Of a stretch of DNA of 64,000 bases, positions 40,987-50,004 are shown piece after piece (the first letter of the stretch is position 1; every line of letters begins with the position of its first letter). The notes under the pieces are model-generated. The model was not told the DNA's origin and ran no database searches. It saw only the letters and a program-made list of their open reading frames with translations. The stretch covers positions 1 to 64,000 of IMG/VR virus record IMGVR_UViG_3300020180_000017; one strand, given 5' to 3'. The translations under genes were made by a program, and so were the position numbers. Source of the DNA: a virus.

Positions 40987-41307
40987 TTAATTTAAAAGGT
41001 TATTGATATTTTCTGTTGCTTGCTTTAACTTATTTAAAGTTATTTGAAATTTAATTAATTGATTATCTAACTTATTTATAACTGTGGAGGGTGAAGATTC
41101 AATTACTGGATTGTCTTTTTCTTTTTCTCCAGGAAACTCACTTAAACAGTTTTGAATAATTATGGTTGTACCAAGTACATCGTTTAATTGATCTACTTGA
41201 TTTTCTAACACTCTACATATCTCAACAAACGCTGGAGATTGTTTATAAGGAACTTCACCTAAAGTGCATGAAGGATCGTTTTGGAGATAGCAATTATCTA
41301 TTTTCAT
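40987..41307 (-). CDS. Hypothetical coiled-coil protein (106 aa)
   Basis: ORF track; A-rich leader; operon context. Confidence 0.6.
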   Translation of the reverse strand: MKIDNCYLQNDPSCTLGEVPYKQSPAFVEICRVLENQVDQLNDVLGTTIIIQNCLSEFPGEKEKDNPVIESSPSTVINKLDNQLIKFQITLNKLKQATENINNLLN

Positions 41308-41316
41308 AATTTTGTT

Positions 41317-41592
41317 TTAAAATGTTTTTGTTTTTACCTTAATGAAGTTTGGTACTTTTTGTTTTAAATTTGTTATTGGGTTTACTTCTATTATAAAACC
41401 ATCTTGGAACTGGTCATGTCCTTTTAAATGTGCTTTGAGGTGCTTTTGCTCTCTCCTTTGTTCTTTTTTGGAGTCAAAGTCTTTTATCTTACCTCCAAAA
41501 GATCTTGTTTCAGAGGGTTTTCGATTTTTGTTTTGGTGAGTATTCATATTCTTATTTTGTTTACACAAATGTACAACTAATTTATTTAACAT
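41317..41592 (-). CDS. Small basic hypothetical protein (alternative start at 41547)
   Basis: ORF track; directly downstream of the LeuRS-like gene. Confidence 0.6.
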   Translation of the reverse strand: MLNKLVVHLCKQNKNMNTHQNKNRKPSETRSFGGKIKDFDSKKEQRREQKHLKAHLKGHDQFQDGFIIEVNPITNLKQKVPNFIKVKTKTF

Positions 41593-41599
41593 CGCCTAA

Positions 41600-42829
41600 T
41601 TAAAAACAAACATTAAAAAAAGTTAGGAGTTCTTCTTTTTGTAAATTAGAAATATTAATATTTTTGTTCTTATTTAGAAATATCATCCATTCAGATACTA
41701 CTTTATTTACTTTCCAACTTTCAAAGTAATTTACAATAGTATTTTTAAATTGCTCTAAGTCAAGTTCTACTGCTTCTAACTCATTATACTCTAACCATTT
41801 AAATATTCTATTTTTAAATCTTTCACATCCTTTATACCCGTCATCTTTCCATTTTCCACCTTCAAAATAATGATTAATAAACATCAAATACATTCTTAAT
41901 GTTTGAGGATCGTAATCTATGGGGTTTACTGTATTATTAAGTGACTTACTCATTTTATTACCATCCTCTCCTAATATCATCCCTTGATGTATTACTTTAA
42001 GGAATGGTTCATCAAAATCTATGTAACCTATATCAAATAAAAATTTAGTTATAAACCTAGCATATATGAGATGCATACAAGCATGTTCATTTCCTCCAAC
42101 ATACAAGTCAACAGGTCTGTTTTTATCATATTCAATAGTATAAAAAGAACTATCAACAAATGTATCTAAAGTATCTTCTTCTCCATTTACAGGTATTGAA
42201 CACCCCCATTTTCTTTGCCTACTTACACACCAATCAGTTAAGTTATGTAGCCAATGTATTTGTTGTTTTTTAGTTTTTTCTGGGTAATCTACTTTGTCAA
42301 GGTCATTAATCAATCTTTCTTTGTAATCTGTAATTTTAAAAAACCACTGATTTAATTCTTTTTTAATTACTTCAGTATTGCATCTTTCACATTTTTTATC
42401 TTTTACTTGTTCTTTAGCTAAAACAGTTTCACATGAAATGCAATAATCTTGTTCTCTATTAGCCTTATAAGCTAATCCATGATCTAATAGTTTATTGAAT
42501 AACCACTGAGTTCTTTCTTGATATTCTTTAGAATGTGTTGAAAGTTTATATTCAAAAGAAGTATTCATTCTTTCCATTTCTTTTGAAAAAGCCACTATAT
42601 TTTCTTCAGTTATTTCTTTTGGATCTCTATTTACTTTTTTAGCGTAATTTTCTGTTGGAAGACCAAAAGCGTCAAAACCAAAAGGTTGAAATATTTCATA
42701 GCCTAAATACTTTTGTATTTTACAATAACTATCTACAATAGAATAATTATAGTAATGTCCTACGTGAAGATTTGCTCCACTTGGGTAAGGAAACATTACA
42801 GTTACATACTTATTTTCTTTTTTTATCAT
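41600..42829 (-). CDS. leuS: Minimal leucyl-tRNA synthetase-like protein (409 aa; catalytic core only)
   Basis: MFPYPSGANLHVGH (HIGH), GFDAFGLP, CxxC..CxxC knuckle, QWFFKIT, DWCVSRQRKWG, DTLDTFVDSSFY, PVDLYVGGNEHACMHLIYARF, EPF, GNKMSKS. Confidence 0.92.
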   Translation of the reverse strand: MIKKENKYVTVMFPYPSGANLHVGHYYNYSIVDSYCKIQKYLGYEIFQPFGFDAFGLPTENYAKKVNRDPKEITEENIVAFSKEMERMNTSFEYKLSTHSKEYQERTQWLFNKLLDHGLAYKANREQDYCISCETVLAKEQVKDKKCERCNTEVIKKELNQWFFKITDYKERLINDLDKVDYPEKTKKQQIHWLHNLTDWCVSRQRKWGCSIPVNGEEDTLDTFVDSSFYTIEYDKNRPVDLYVGGNEHACMHLIYARFITKFLFDIGYIDFDEPFLKVIHQGMILGEDGNKMSKSLNNTVNPIDYDPQTLRMYLMFINHYFEGGKWKDDGYKGCERFKNRIFKWLEYNELEAVELDLEQFKNTIVNYFESWKVNKVVSEWMIFLNKNKNINISNLQKEELLTFFNVCF

Positions 42830-42859
42830 AATTTATTTTGTTGTTTACATAACTCCGTT

Positions 42860-43147
42860 TATCCCTGCAAGTGTTTTCACTTTGGGTTAAAGATTATTAG
42901 AGTAATAACATAATCTTTAAGTTAACCTATAAACTCCCACACCCCTGTTTCGACTTTATTAATTCTTGGGAATTAAGTCTGTGTTTTATGTGGAGGAATA
43001 CGCTTTTTCCCAAGAATTACTTGCAGGGCATTGTTGTGACGGTAACACAGAGCAACTATTTTACGTATCCTATACCAGTAAGGCCAAGTTTCCACTCCTT
43101 ACTGAGTTTATAATAACTATCTTTTATTGACTCTAGGACTAAAAGAT
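42860..43147 (-). ncRNA. Candidate multi-stem structured RNA upstream of the LeuRS-like gene
   Basis: Nested inverted repeats ccctgcaagt/acttgcaggg, aattcttggga/tcccaagaatt, ttaaagatta/taatctttaa; hairpins cagtaagg/ccttactg and atctttta/taaaagat; GC-richer than the flanks, no good ORF. Confidence 0.6.
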
Positions 43148-43162
43148 GGAAAAAACCCGAAT

Positions 43163-43193
43163 AAAAAAAACCCCTTGTATTTCTACAAAGGGC
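43163..43193 (-). terminator. Intrinsic terminator/attenuator within the leader region
   Basis: GCCCTTTGTA-GAAA-TACAAGGGG followed by T8. Confidence 0.75.
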
Positions 43194-43311
43194 TAATTTA
43201 GACAGGAGATTGAGAATACAGTTGTTACACTGTAAAGATATGAAATTTATTTTAATTACTAATTATATTTTTGCACTAACTCCTGTCTAAGAAGCATTTT
43301 GCTTTACATAA

Positions 43312-43343
43312 CAAATGTATACTTTTAATTAATATCCACCAAA
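43312..43343 (-). promoter_or_regulatory. Bacteroidota housekeeping-sigma promoter
   Basis: TTTG (43343-43340), 20-nt spacer, TACATTTG (43319-43312); matches TTTG-N19-21-TAnnTTTG. Confidence 0.65.
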
Positions 43344-43455
43344 TTTATTTGTATTATTTTACTACTTAATAATTCCTCCTAAAGTTGTAGTAATCCATAA
43401 AGGAAGGTGAGTTGAGCTTAATGTTATAGTGTATTTCATACTGCAAATATACAAC

Positions 43456-43487
43456 AAAAGAGGGGCCAGTATAGAAATACTACCCCT
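43456..43487 (-). terminator. Terminator-like hairpin after the tail gene block
   Basis: GGGGTAGTAT-TTCT-ATACTGGCCCC followed by TCTTTTGTT. Confidence 0.55.
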
Positions 43488-43509
43488 GAAAAACAAAACA
43501 AAACAAATT

Positions 43510-44673
43510 TTAAGGATAATTTATGTAAAAACTCTTAATATCCGACTTAGGTACGCCAACACAAGGATAAGATTCTACCCTAATAGTATGATAACCTTTA
43601 TTTAAATTTAATAGAGAGACACTTGCAGCCACTTGAGGTTGTGCAGGTGACGTAATCAAGATATTATCTAAATACACTCTAAATGTAGTTTCTACACTTG
43701 TCCACGAAGTTGTTGCAACGTCATTAACTATTACTGGTGTATTAACTACTATAGAAGAGCATCCAGAAGTTACTGAAAGAGACGTAGTTGTAGAGCCAAA
43801 AGTTACAGAAGCTACTGACCCACCATTGTTACAATAAGCTTGTATTTTAAGCCAGTAAGGTGTTGATGGGGATAATTCTGAGAATGTAGCAAAAGGTACA
43901 ACAAGGTTAGCTTGAGTTGATCCTGGAACTAGTACAGTTAATCCTGCATCAGTGTAGAGAGAAACAGTCCAAGTAGTGTTATTACTACCAGAAACCCAAG
44001 TATAAAATAATGAAGTAGATGTAATACCTATTGCAGTTACACCTGTTATTTCACTGCAATTAGATAAAGAAGCTACACAATTTAATACAGATGTGCAAAA
44101 TCCAGGAAGAGCAACTAAGTAGTTTAAAGCACATTGCCAGTCTATTGTTGCTTGTATTTTTTCGTTAAAACCTGTATTTACTTTTGAAAAAGTAATGCAT
44201 TGAGTGCTTAACAATTTATCAAATAAATAGCTTGTAGTTGTATCTGTTGCAGATATTTTAACTTTTTCATCAGGTGGAGTTGATACAGCTCCAGTTGCAG
44301 TCACTTGTACTTTTTCAATTCCTGAAACTGTTATAGGACTTAATAAAATACCAGTACCAGCAGTTAACATTGTTGAAAGATACTCTGGTGTTGCATCAGA
44401 ATTGTCTCTAAGTACTTTTCCTTTATAAATGTTATAATCACATTTCCAAGATTCTAATTTTCCAACAAGATCATACAGAGTTTCATTTGTTTCAAAATCA
44501 AGACAAGTAAAAACTATATTAGTGCCATTTACACTTTTTTCTTTTAACTGTATACAGCCAAATGGAAGTTCATTGTCACATCCCATTATAGAATAGTCAG
44601 GAAGATTACAAGTGCATAGATTATCACATTGATCACATCCACATTTATTGCAAGGATTTGTATTAACACACAT
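43510..44673 (-). CDS. Cys-rich tail fibre/appendage protein with a fibronectin type III-like domain
   Basis: Cys-rich N-terminus; ITSTSLFYTW..LSPSTPYWLKIQAYC FN3 signature. Confidence 0.65.
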   Translation of the reverse strand: MCVNTNPCNKCGCDQCDNLCTCNLPDYSIMGCDNELPFGCIQLKEKSVNGTNIVFTCLDFETNETLYDLVGKLESWKCDYNIYKGKVLRDNSDATPEYLSTMLTAGTGILLSPITVSGIEKVQVTATGAVSTPPDEKVKISATDTTTSYLFDKLLSTQCITFSKVNTGFNEKIQATIDWQCALNYLVALPGFCTSVLNCVASLSNCSEITGVTAIGITSTSLFYTWVSGSNNTTWTVSLYTDAGLTVLVPGSTQANLVVPFATFSELSPSTPYWLKIQAYCNNGGSVASVTFGSTTTSLSVTSGCSSIVVNTPVIVNDVATTSWTSVETTFRVYLDNILITSPAQPQVAASVSLLNLNKGYHTIRVESYPCVGVPKSDIKSFYINYP

Positions 44674-44684
44674 ATTATATTATT

Positions 44685-45290
44685 TTAAGGGAGAATTGGA
44701 TTACAAATATCTATGGCTGTATAACCAACAGGTAAACAACTGCCTGAAACAACACCTTTTAAGTAAAGAGTGTGGTTACCACTTGGGTTGTTTATTTTAA
44801 CTTCTGGAATAAAAGAACCTATAGTTTTTAAAACTAAAAAATACTCATTAAAGTTAGTACTAATAATAGATCTTACTGCCGTAGCTTTTAATCTGTAATT
44901 GTTAAGATTGTTAATAGCGTTTGCTAGAGTGTTAGGTGTCAAAGTATTATAATTAATTGGTGCTATAGCCGACAGCACATTATTAATTATAACACCTGTA
45001 AATGTATAATTAGTATTGTTTAAATATCCATAAACGCCATTAATAGCGTCAAGAAATAATAAACTCCAATCCACTATATAACAAGCGGAAGGTAAATTGG
45101 TTATTGTGACACAAGCAGAACTTGCTGCTGCATTACCAGATATATTTGTATATGTGATTTCTGTAGCAGCATCATTAATATAAAGGGTCTCTCCAAAAAT
45201 ACCAGTCATTACATGAGCTGTACCTGTTAAAATGTAGCGAATTTCTACACTACCTGTTGTTCCTGTTACTGTAACTACACATGAAGGCAT
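44685..45290 (-). CDS. Putative tail structural protein (201 aa)
   Basis: Beta-rich, Cys-containing; within the tail block. Confidence 0.55.
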   Translation of the reverse strand: MPSCVVTVTGTTGSVEIRYILTGTAHVMTGIFGETLYINDAATEITYTNISGNAAASSACVTITNLPSACYIVDWSLLFLDAINGVYGYLNNTNYTFTGVIINNVLSAIAPINYNTLTPNTLANAINNLNNYRLKATAVRSIISTNFNEYFLVLKTIGSFIPEVKINNPSGNHTLYLKGVVSGSCLPVGYTAIDICNPILP

Positions 45291-45300
45291 AATAATTTAT

Positions 45301-45792
45301 TTAAGGGCAAGCGTCTATTTGTGGTTTAACATAGAGACCATTAGGCCATTTTCCTGTGATAAATGTAAGTTTTAATTCTATCTTATCTACATAACCTGAA
45401 GGCATTCTTAAGCTAATTACATATTGACGACTAGAGTTATTAGCAGTGGATGTTAAAAAGCTATTTGTTATTCCAGCTACATTCATAAATCCTGGTGGTG
45501 GAAAAACTAATATTGAAGCAGAAGGTGACATTAAAAAATCTATAGGAAAAGAAACTCCACTAATAATAACAGAATCAATTCTAGCTCCATCTGTAGGGTC
45601 ATAAAAATTTACATCTGCATCATCCAAAGAAAAATGAAAACTTGCACAAACAGGTGCTGGAACATTAAAATCCAAGCAATCAGAATTTATATCAAGACCA
45701 CCACTATTTGTAATAGATAGTAACTCTACGTCTTTTGGTAAATAAACACATTCTCCTGGTTTTATTGTTATTGTTTGGATATTTGTTGTCAT
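45301..45792 (-). CDS. Putative tail structural protein (163 aa)
   Basis: Beta-rich, Cys-containing; within the tail block. Confidence 0.55.
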   Translation of the reverse strand: MTTNIQTITIKPGECVYLPKDVELLSITNSGGLDINSDCLDFNVPAPVCASFHFSLDDADVNFYDPTDGARIDSVIISGVSFPIDFLMSPSASILVFPPPGFMNVAGITNSFLTSTANNSSRQYVISLRMPSGYVDKIELKLTFITGKWPNGLYVKPQIDACP

Positions 45793-47003
45793 ACTAATAC
45801 ATTATTTATTGTGTTAACTGAATATACTATTACTACTTCTCCAGTTCCGCTGCCTACGCATACTTTACAAACAGGGCAAGAAGGATCGTTAGTAAAATAA
45901 GTTCTGCATTCACATATAACACAAGTCAGCCCCGGCCCAGCCATAGTAACTTTTAAACATAATGTTAATGGCTTAGTAGTATTAAATGGAGTTATATCCA
46001 ATTCAGGGCTAAATCCATTTTGAACTACGTTTAATCCTGTGTAAACTCTTTCATGACCAAATTCATCGTTGATAGTTAAAGTAGACAGTGTGTCAACAAA
46101 ACCTGTTGGAATAAATGTACCCATAACAGATGTGTAATGAAGTGTAATTCCTGTACCATCTTCGTTAATGGCTACTTCAAATCCAATTTTAATATCTTCA
46201 CATTTAACTTTACAAGCACAAGCTTCTAAAGCTGTTAGTCTATTTAAAGCACTGCATATTGCAATCCACTGATTATTATCACTATCTGCTAATGTAGTAG
46301 GAGCTTGAATAAAGTTAGCGTCTCCTATAAAAGAAACATTAAGATTAGAGCATTGTCTACCTATTGCTGTATCTATTTGTACTAAAGAACCTACTTTGTT
46401 TTTATAAGTGCAATAATTGGTAGCTAATAAGTTTACTGCTTGTGATAAAGGCTGTGCTGTATATACACAAGAGCTTAATACTGGCTCTGTATATATTGGA
46501 ATAGCGTCTATTTGACTTTGTAAGCTAATTATTGTTCCTCCAATGCTACTCAATTGCAATTTATGTGTGCAAGTTTCATTTATTAATACTTGCAATATTG
46601 ATTGCACGGTATAAGTGACATTACCAAAAGCATCCGCTACACTTAAACATTTTAAATCCAGAGCTAAATTGGTATCATTTAAATCATCAATTCTTTTATT
46701 GATTCCGTCAATAAGTTCTTTTAAAGAACAATCATTATCAATTAATAACTGTAAGTAAGTAGCAATGTTCTTATTGCCGGGTTCTTGTATATTAAATTGG
46801 TCTAAAAGACATTGAGTAGAGATAGAAGATATGTCCATTGGAGTTGTTAATTGACATATCTTATCAACTATAACACAAATGATTTGATTTATGTAATCTC
46901 CATTATATACGCCTATACAAGGAATATCTGGCCCATCATACTTAATACAGTTAGTGTATGAAGTGATGCAATCCCTTTGTTTTTCTCTTTTATTAATAGG
47001 CAT
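45789..47003 (-). CDS. Cys-rich tail fibre shaft-like protein (404 aa)
   Basis: CIKYDGPDIPCIGV motif, repeated Cys-capped coiled coils. Confidence 0.6.
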   Translation of the reverse strand: MPINKREKQRDCITSYTNCIKYDGPDIPCIGVYNGDYINQIICVIVDKICQLTTPMDISSISTQCLLDQFNIQEPGNKNIATYLQLLIDNDCSLKELIDGINKRIDDLNDTNLALDLKCLSVADAFGNVTYTVQSILQVLINETCTHKLQLSSIGGTIISLQSQIDAIPIYTEPVLSSCVYTAQPLSQAVNLLATNYCTYKNKVGSLVQIDTAIGRQCSNLNVSFIGDANFIQAPTTLADSDNNQWIAICSALNRLTALEACACKVKCEDIKIGFEVAINEDGTGITLHYTSVMGTFIPTGFVDTLSTLTINDEFGHERVYTGLNVVQNGFSPELDITPFNTTKPLTLCLKVTMAGPGLTCVICECRTYFTNDPSCPVCKVCVGSGTGEVVIVYSVNTINNVLV

Positions 47004-47238
47004 TATTTAGTTCTTTTATTTTGGAAAAATCACATCCTTTAGTTATTTCACAAGCATCTTCGTAATTAATATAATCACTATTTTCCAATAAATTAATTAA
47101 AAGGCTATACTCTTTTATTTTTAAATCTCTATCTTCAAAACTTGCACAAGTTATCATGTAATCATTTTCTATTTTTTCGTCTGTAAGTATAGAAACAATT
47201 TTACATTTTAATTTAGCAAGAATAGCAGCCTTGTCCAT
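46993..47238 (-). CDS. Small structural protein (81 aa), possible tail hub component
   Basis: Coupled ORF; synteny. Confidence 0.5.
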   Translation of the reverse strand: MDKAAILAKLKCKIVSILTDEKIENDYMITCASFEDRDLKIKEYSLLINLLENSDYINYEDACEITKGCDFSKIKELNNAY

Positions 47239-47755
47239 GTTGATTTAATTTAATATTGACATCTTCGTATTTCTCCAATGCATCTTTAACGTCTAAACAC
47301 TCTTCTGCTGCATATTTAGCAGCGTATAAAAGTTCTTTTATTTTATATAAGTCTTCTAATTTCTTATTAAATTCTTTTTTTGTAGTTACACATCTTTCTT
47401 TCCACAACTTACAATTTTCATTTAAGTACTTTTTAAATTGAGTGCAATTACGAAAATGGTTAAATTCAACCATTAATTTTTCATTTGGAGCAACTGAGTA
47501 TTTTATTTCGTAGTTACCATCAGGAAGATCATTATATTTTTCTGAAGAAGTACTGCAACAAATACCCAGTGAAACACAATTAACAATTTTGGTAAATCCT
47601 GGCCTTACATCAAAAAATACAAAACAATCTGCTCCAGGAGGTTTTATTTCTAATATAGCATTAAATATATCAGATCCTTCGTTATATATAGAAGTGTCTC
47701 TAATGACAAGACTTCTACAATCAGTTCCAGTTATATCAACGTTTAGTATAGTCAT
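47213..47755 (-). CDS. Tail hub-like protein (180 aa)
   Basis: LVIRDTSIY..LEIKPPG..LPDGNYEIKYSVAP pattern; follows the auxiliary capsid gene. Confidence 0.6.
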   Translation of the reverse strand: MTILNVDITGTDCRSLVIRDTSIYNEGSDIFNAILEIKPPGADCFVFFDVRPGFTKIVNCVSLGICCSTSSEKYNDLPDGNYEIKYSVAPNEKLMVEFNHFRNCTQFKKYLNENCKLWKERCVTTKKEFNKKLEDLYKIKELLYAAKYAAEECLDVKDALEKYEDVNIKLNQHGQGCYSC

Positions 47756-47760
47756 AATAG

Positions 47761-47795
47761 AAAAAGGATAGTAGGTATTATCTACTTACTATCCT
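47761..47795 (-). terminator. Intrinsic terminator after the 724-aa structural gene
   Basis: AGGATAGTAAGTA-GATAA-TACCTACTATCCT followed by a T run. Confidence 0.75.
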
Positions 47796-47815
47796 CTTTT
47801 TTTAATTTAATTATA

Positions 47816-49990
47816 TTACCAATTGATTACGCCCTCTCTTTTATTCAAAACAATATTTGTTGAGGAAATTGCTTTAGCAAACATTTTTTCAAATGTACCA
47901 GAAGCTGCATCAGTTTCTTTAAAAATTACCAAAGGTTCGAATATTCTTGGTTGCTCTGCGAAAGTATTTACACCAGCTCTGCTTTCAACAAATTTAGTAT
48001 AATACACTTTATAAAAAGCATTTCTATCCACTTGTGAAAGAACTTCTTGACCCAGTGCTTCTCTAAATCTAGGGTTAACGTTCCAAGAACTTGCCCAATG
48101 GTATGCACTCCACTCAATCAACTTACGAATAACCCACTCACCACTTTGCCTACGATACAGTTGCTCTTCTACATTTTTAATAACAGGCAGAGAACCTAAC
48201 TTACAAGTATCAGGATAATTAAGCTCCCAAATAGCTTCCAAATGAGGTGGTTCATTTTCATAAAAATCTTGTGGATCAAAAGAACAATCTCCAAAAACTG
48301 TTTCAGGTACTTCAGCCTGAATAGTAAAACCACATTTTCTAGTTGGGTTAACAGATACAACTTCAGGAACAACAGTCCAAACTTGACCGTCAAATGAACC
48401 AAGATTTGTGTAATCACCAGAATCAGTAGCCAAACAATCATCGGTAAGACAACCATTAGACCATTGTTCTATTGTATATGTATCTTCGCAACCCACTGAA
48501 CCACTTAATTTAAGAATAGTTCCAGATACTACATTAGGTGTAGTAGCATAAAAAGCAGTTAATTCAGATAATCTATCTGCATCATTACAGTCAGTACGTT
48601 GAAGAGTAACTTTTAATTTACGCTTAGTTTTATAAGCTGTTCCACAAACTGTCCATGCAATTGCTGTAGCAGCAACGCTGGGAGAACAACTTGCTTCAAT
48701 CTTAACACCTACTATTACTGTATCAGACAGTAGAGCTACAACAACTGTACCTGTGGGTACTTCAAAACTAACTGAAGCAGTAGCACCACTCTGAGAGTTA
48801 AATCTAGCGTTAATTGGACTGTAAGCAGTGTATGCAGTAGCAATTGTACCAGCATAAGTTGCTTGAGCACCAATAGTAGATAAATTAGTAGAAGGAGTAA
48901 TCGGACGAACAATTGTAATTGTATCCATTGCTGCTACAGCAGTGTATCCAGTAGGGCACACACCACATATAGATAGTAATACATCTTGTGTCGGAGTGAA
49001 ATTACCAGCAGCTACATCACCACAATAAGTATATTGAGATTTACAATCAGCTCTACCAGTACGGGTTACCACACCTGCTACACCTGCATTTGTTTGAATT
49101 GCTTGCAATGCAGGAGTATCTCCATTATCACAAACTTCCAAACAATATTTATTCCTTCTATTAGAGGGAGCAGAAAATGTTGCAATAGGAGCACTTGAAT
49201 AACCACTACCTCCAGCAGTTATTGTAACAGCAGTAATAACGCCGTTAACAACTGTAGTTGTACCAGTAGCACCAGTTCCATCACCTGTAAAAGTAACAGT
49301 ACCAGAGGTATAACCAGTTCCACCATTTACTATAGTCACACTGGATACAGCAGTACCTGTAACTACAGCAGTACCAGTAGCTTGAACTGAAGGAGCACTA
49401 TAAAGATTAGAAACAAAACGAGCTTTTACGCCAACTTGTTTCAGCTCTATTTCATCGTTGATTAATTTAACAATAGCTTTTGTGTGTAGTTCACAGTCCA
49501 AAGTAGTATCTGGACAAGTGGCACAATCTTCTCCACAACAACCAGTGTTGTAAGAAATAATCTTTTCAAGAGGTTTACCAAAGTACCTAAGTATTGGAGA
49601 ACCCTTCAAATAAATTTTAAGAACGTAATTTTTATCGCATTCATACTTAATTCCAAGAGAATCACTTGCACCTGAATAGCCAATAGATAGTTTATTTGAA
49701 CGTGTAATCTTTTGAGCATTACTCACTTCAAAATTAACTACATCCTTCACTTTAAAGAAGGTGCTTTTTTCTGAATCTTTCAAACCAGAAACGTCTCCGA
49801 TAGAATCATATTTGCGAGTAGATCCCATAGCAAAGAAAATTTCTTCTCTAGGGCTGGGTGAGCTAACTACGCTATAATTATTTCTACTGTAAAGACCAAG
49901 TTGGCCTGGGGCAATGTCATTGACATGGCCTGATGTTGCAATTCCTGAATTAACTACAAACACAGGAAAATTGTACTCTTGATTATGCAT
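47816..49990 (-). CDS. Abundant structural protein (724 aa), auxiliary capsid-like, with an inserted Gly/Thr-rich beta repeat
   Basis: Follows MCP and ring genes and ends at a terminator; tandem VTIVNGGTGYT / VTITAGGSGYS repeats. Confidence 0.6.
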   Translation of the reverse strand: MHNQEYNFPVFVVNSGIATSGHVNDIAPGQLGLYSRNNYSVVSSPSPREEIFFAMGSTRKYDSIGDVSGLKDSEKSTFFKVKDVVNFEVSNAQKITRSNKLSIGYSGASDSLGIKYECDKNYVLKIYLKGSPILRYFGKPLEKIISYNTGCCGEDCATCPDTTLDCELHTKAIVKLINDEIELKQVGVKARFVSNLYSAPSVQATGTAVVTGTAVSSVTIVNGGTGYTSGTVTFTGDGTGATGTTTVVNGVITAVTITAGGSGYSSAPIATFSAPSNRRNKYCLEVCDNGDTPALQAIQTNAGVAGVVTRTGRADCKSQYTYCGDVAAGNFTPTQDVLLSICGVCPTGYTAVAAMDTITIVRPITPSTNLSTIGAQATYAGTIATAYTAYSPINARFNSQSGATASVSFEVPTGTVVVALLSDTVIVGVKIEASCSPSVAATAIAWTVCGTAYKTKRKLKVTLQRTDCNDADRLSELTAFYATTPNVVSGTILKLSGSVGCEDTYTIEQWSNGCLTDDCLATDSGDYTNLGSFDGQVWTVVPEVVSVNPTRKCGFTIQAEVPETVFGDCSFDPQDFYENEPPHLEAIWELNYPDTCKLGSLPVIKNVEEQLYRRQSGEWVIRKLIEWSAYHWASSWNVNPRFREALGQEVLSQVDRNAFYKVYYTKFVESRAGVNTFAEQPRIFEPLVIFKETDAASGTFEKMFAKAISSTNIVLNKREGVINW

Positions 49991-50004
49991 TTTTTTAGAT
50001 TTTT

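Noticed and set aside
42830-43310. T-box riboswitch ahead of the LeuRS-like gene
   Set aside because: No T-box antiterminator consensus (UGGnACC) is seen before the terminator, and T-boxes are atypical of Bacteroidota.
48196-48456. 86-aa minus-strand ORF nested in the 724-aa gene
   Set aside because: Out-of-frame overlap with no recognisable motif or initiation signal.
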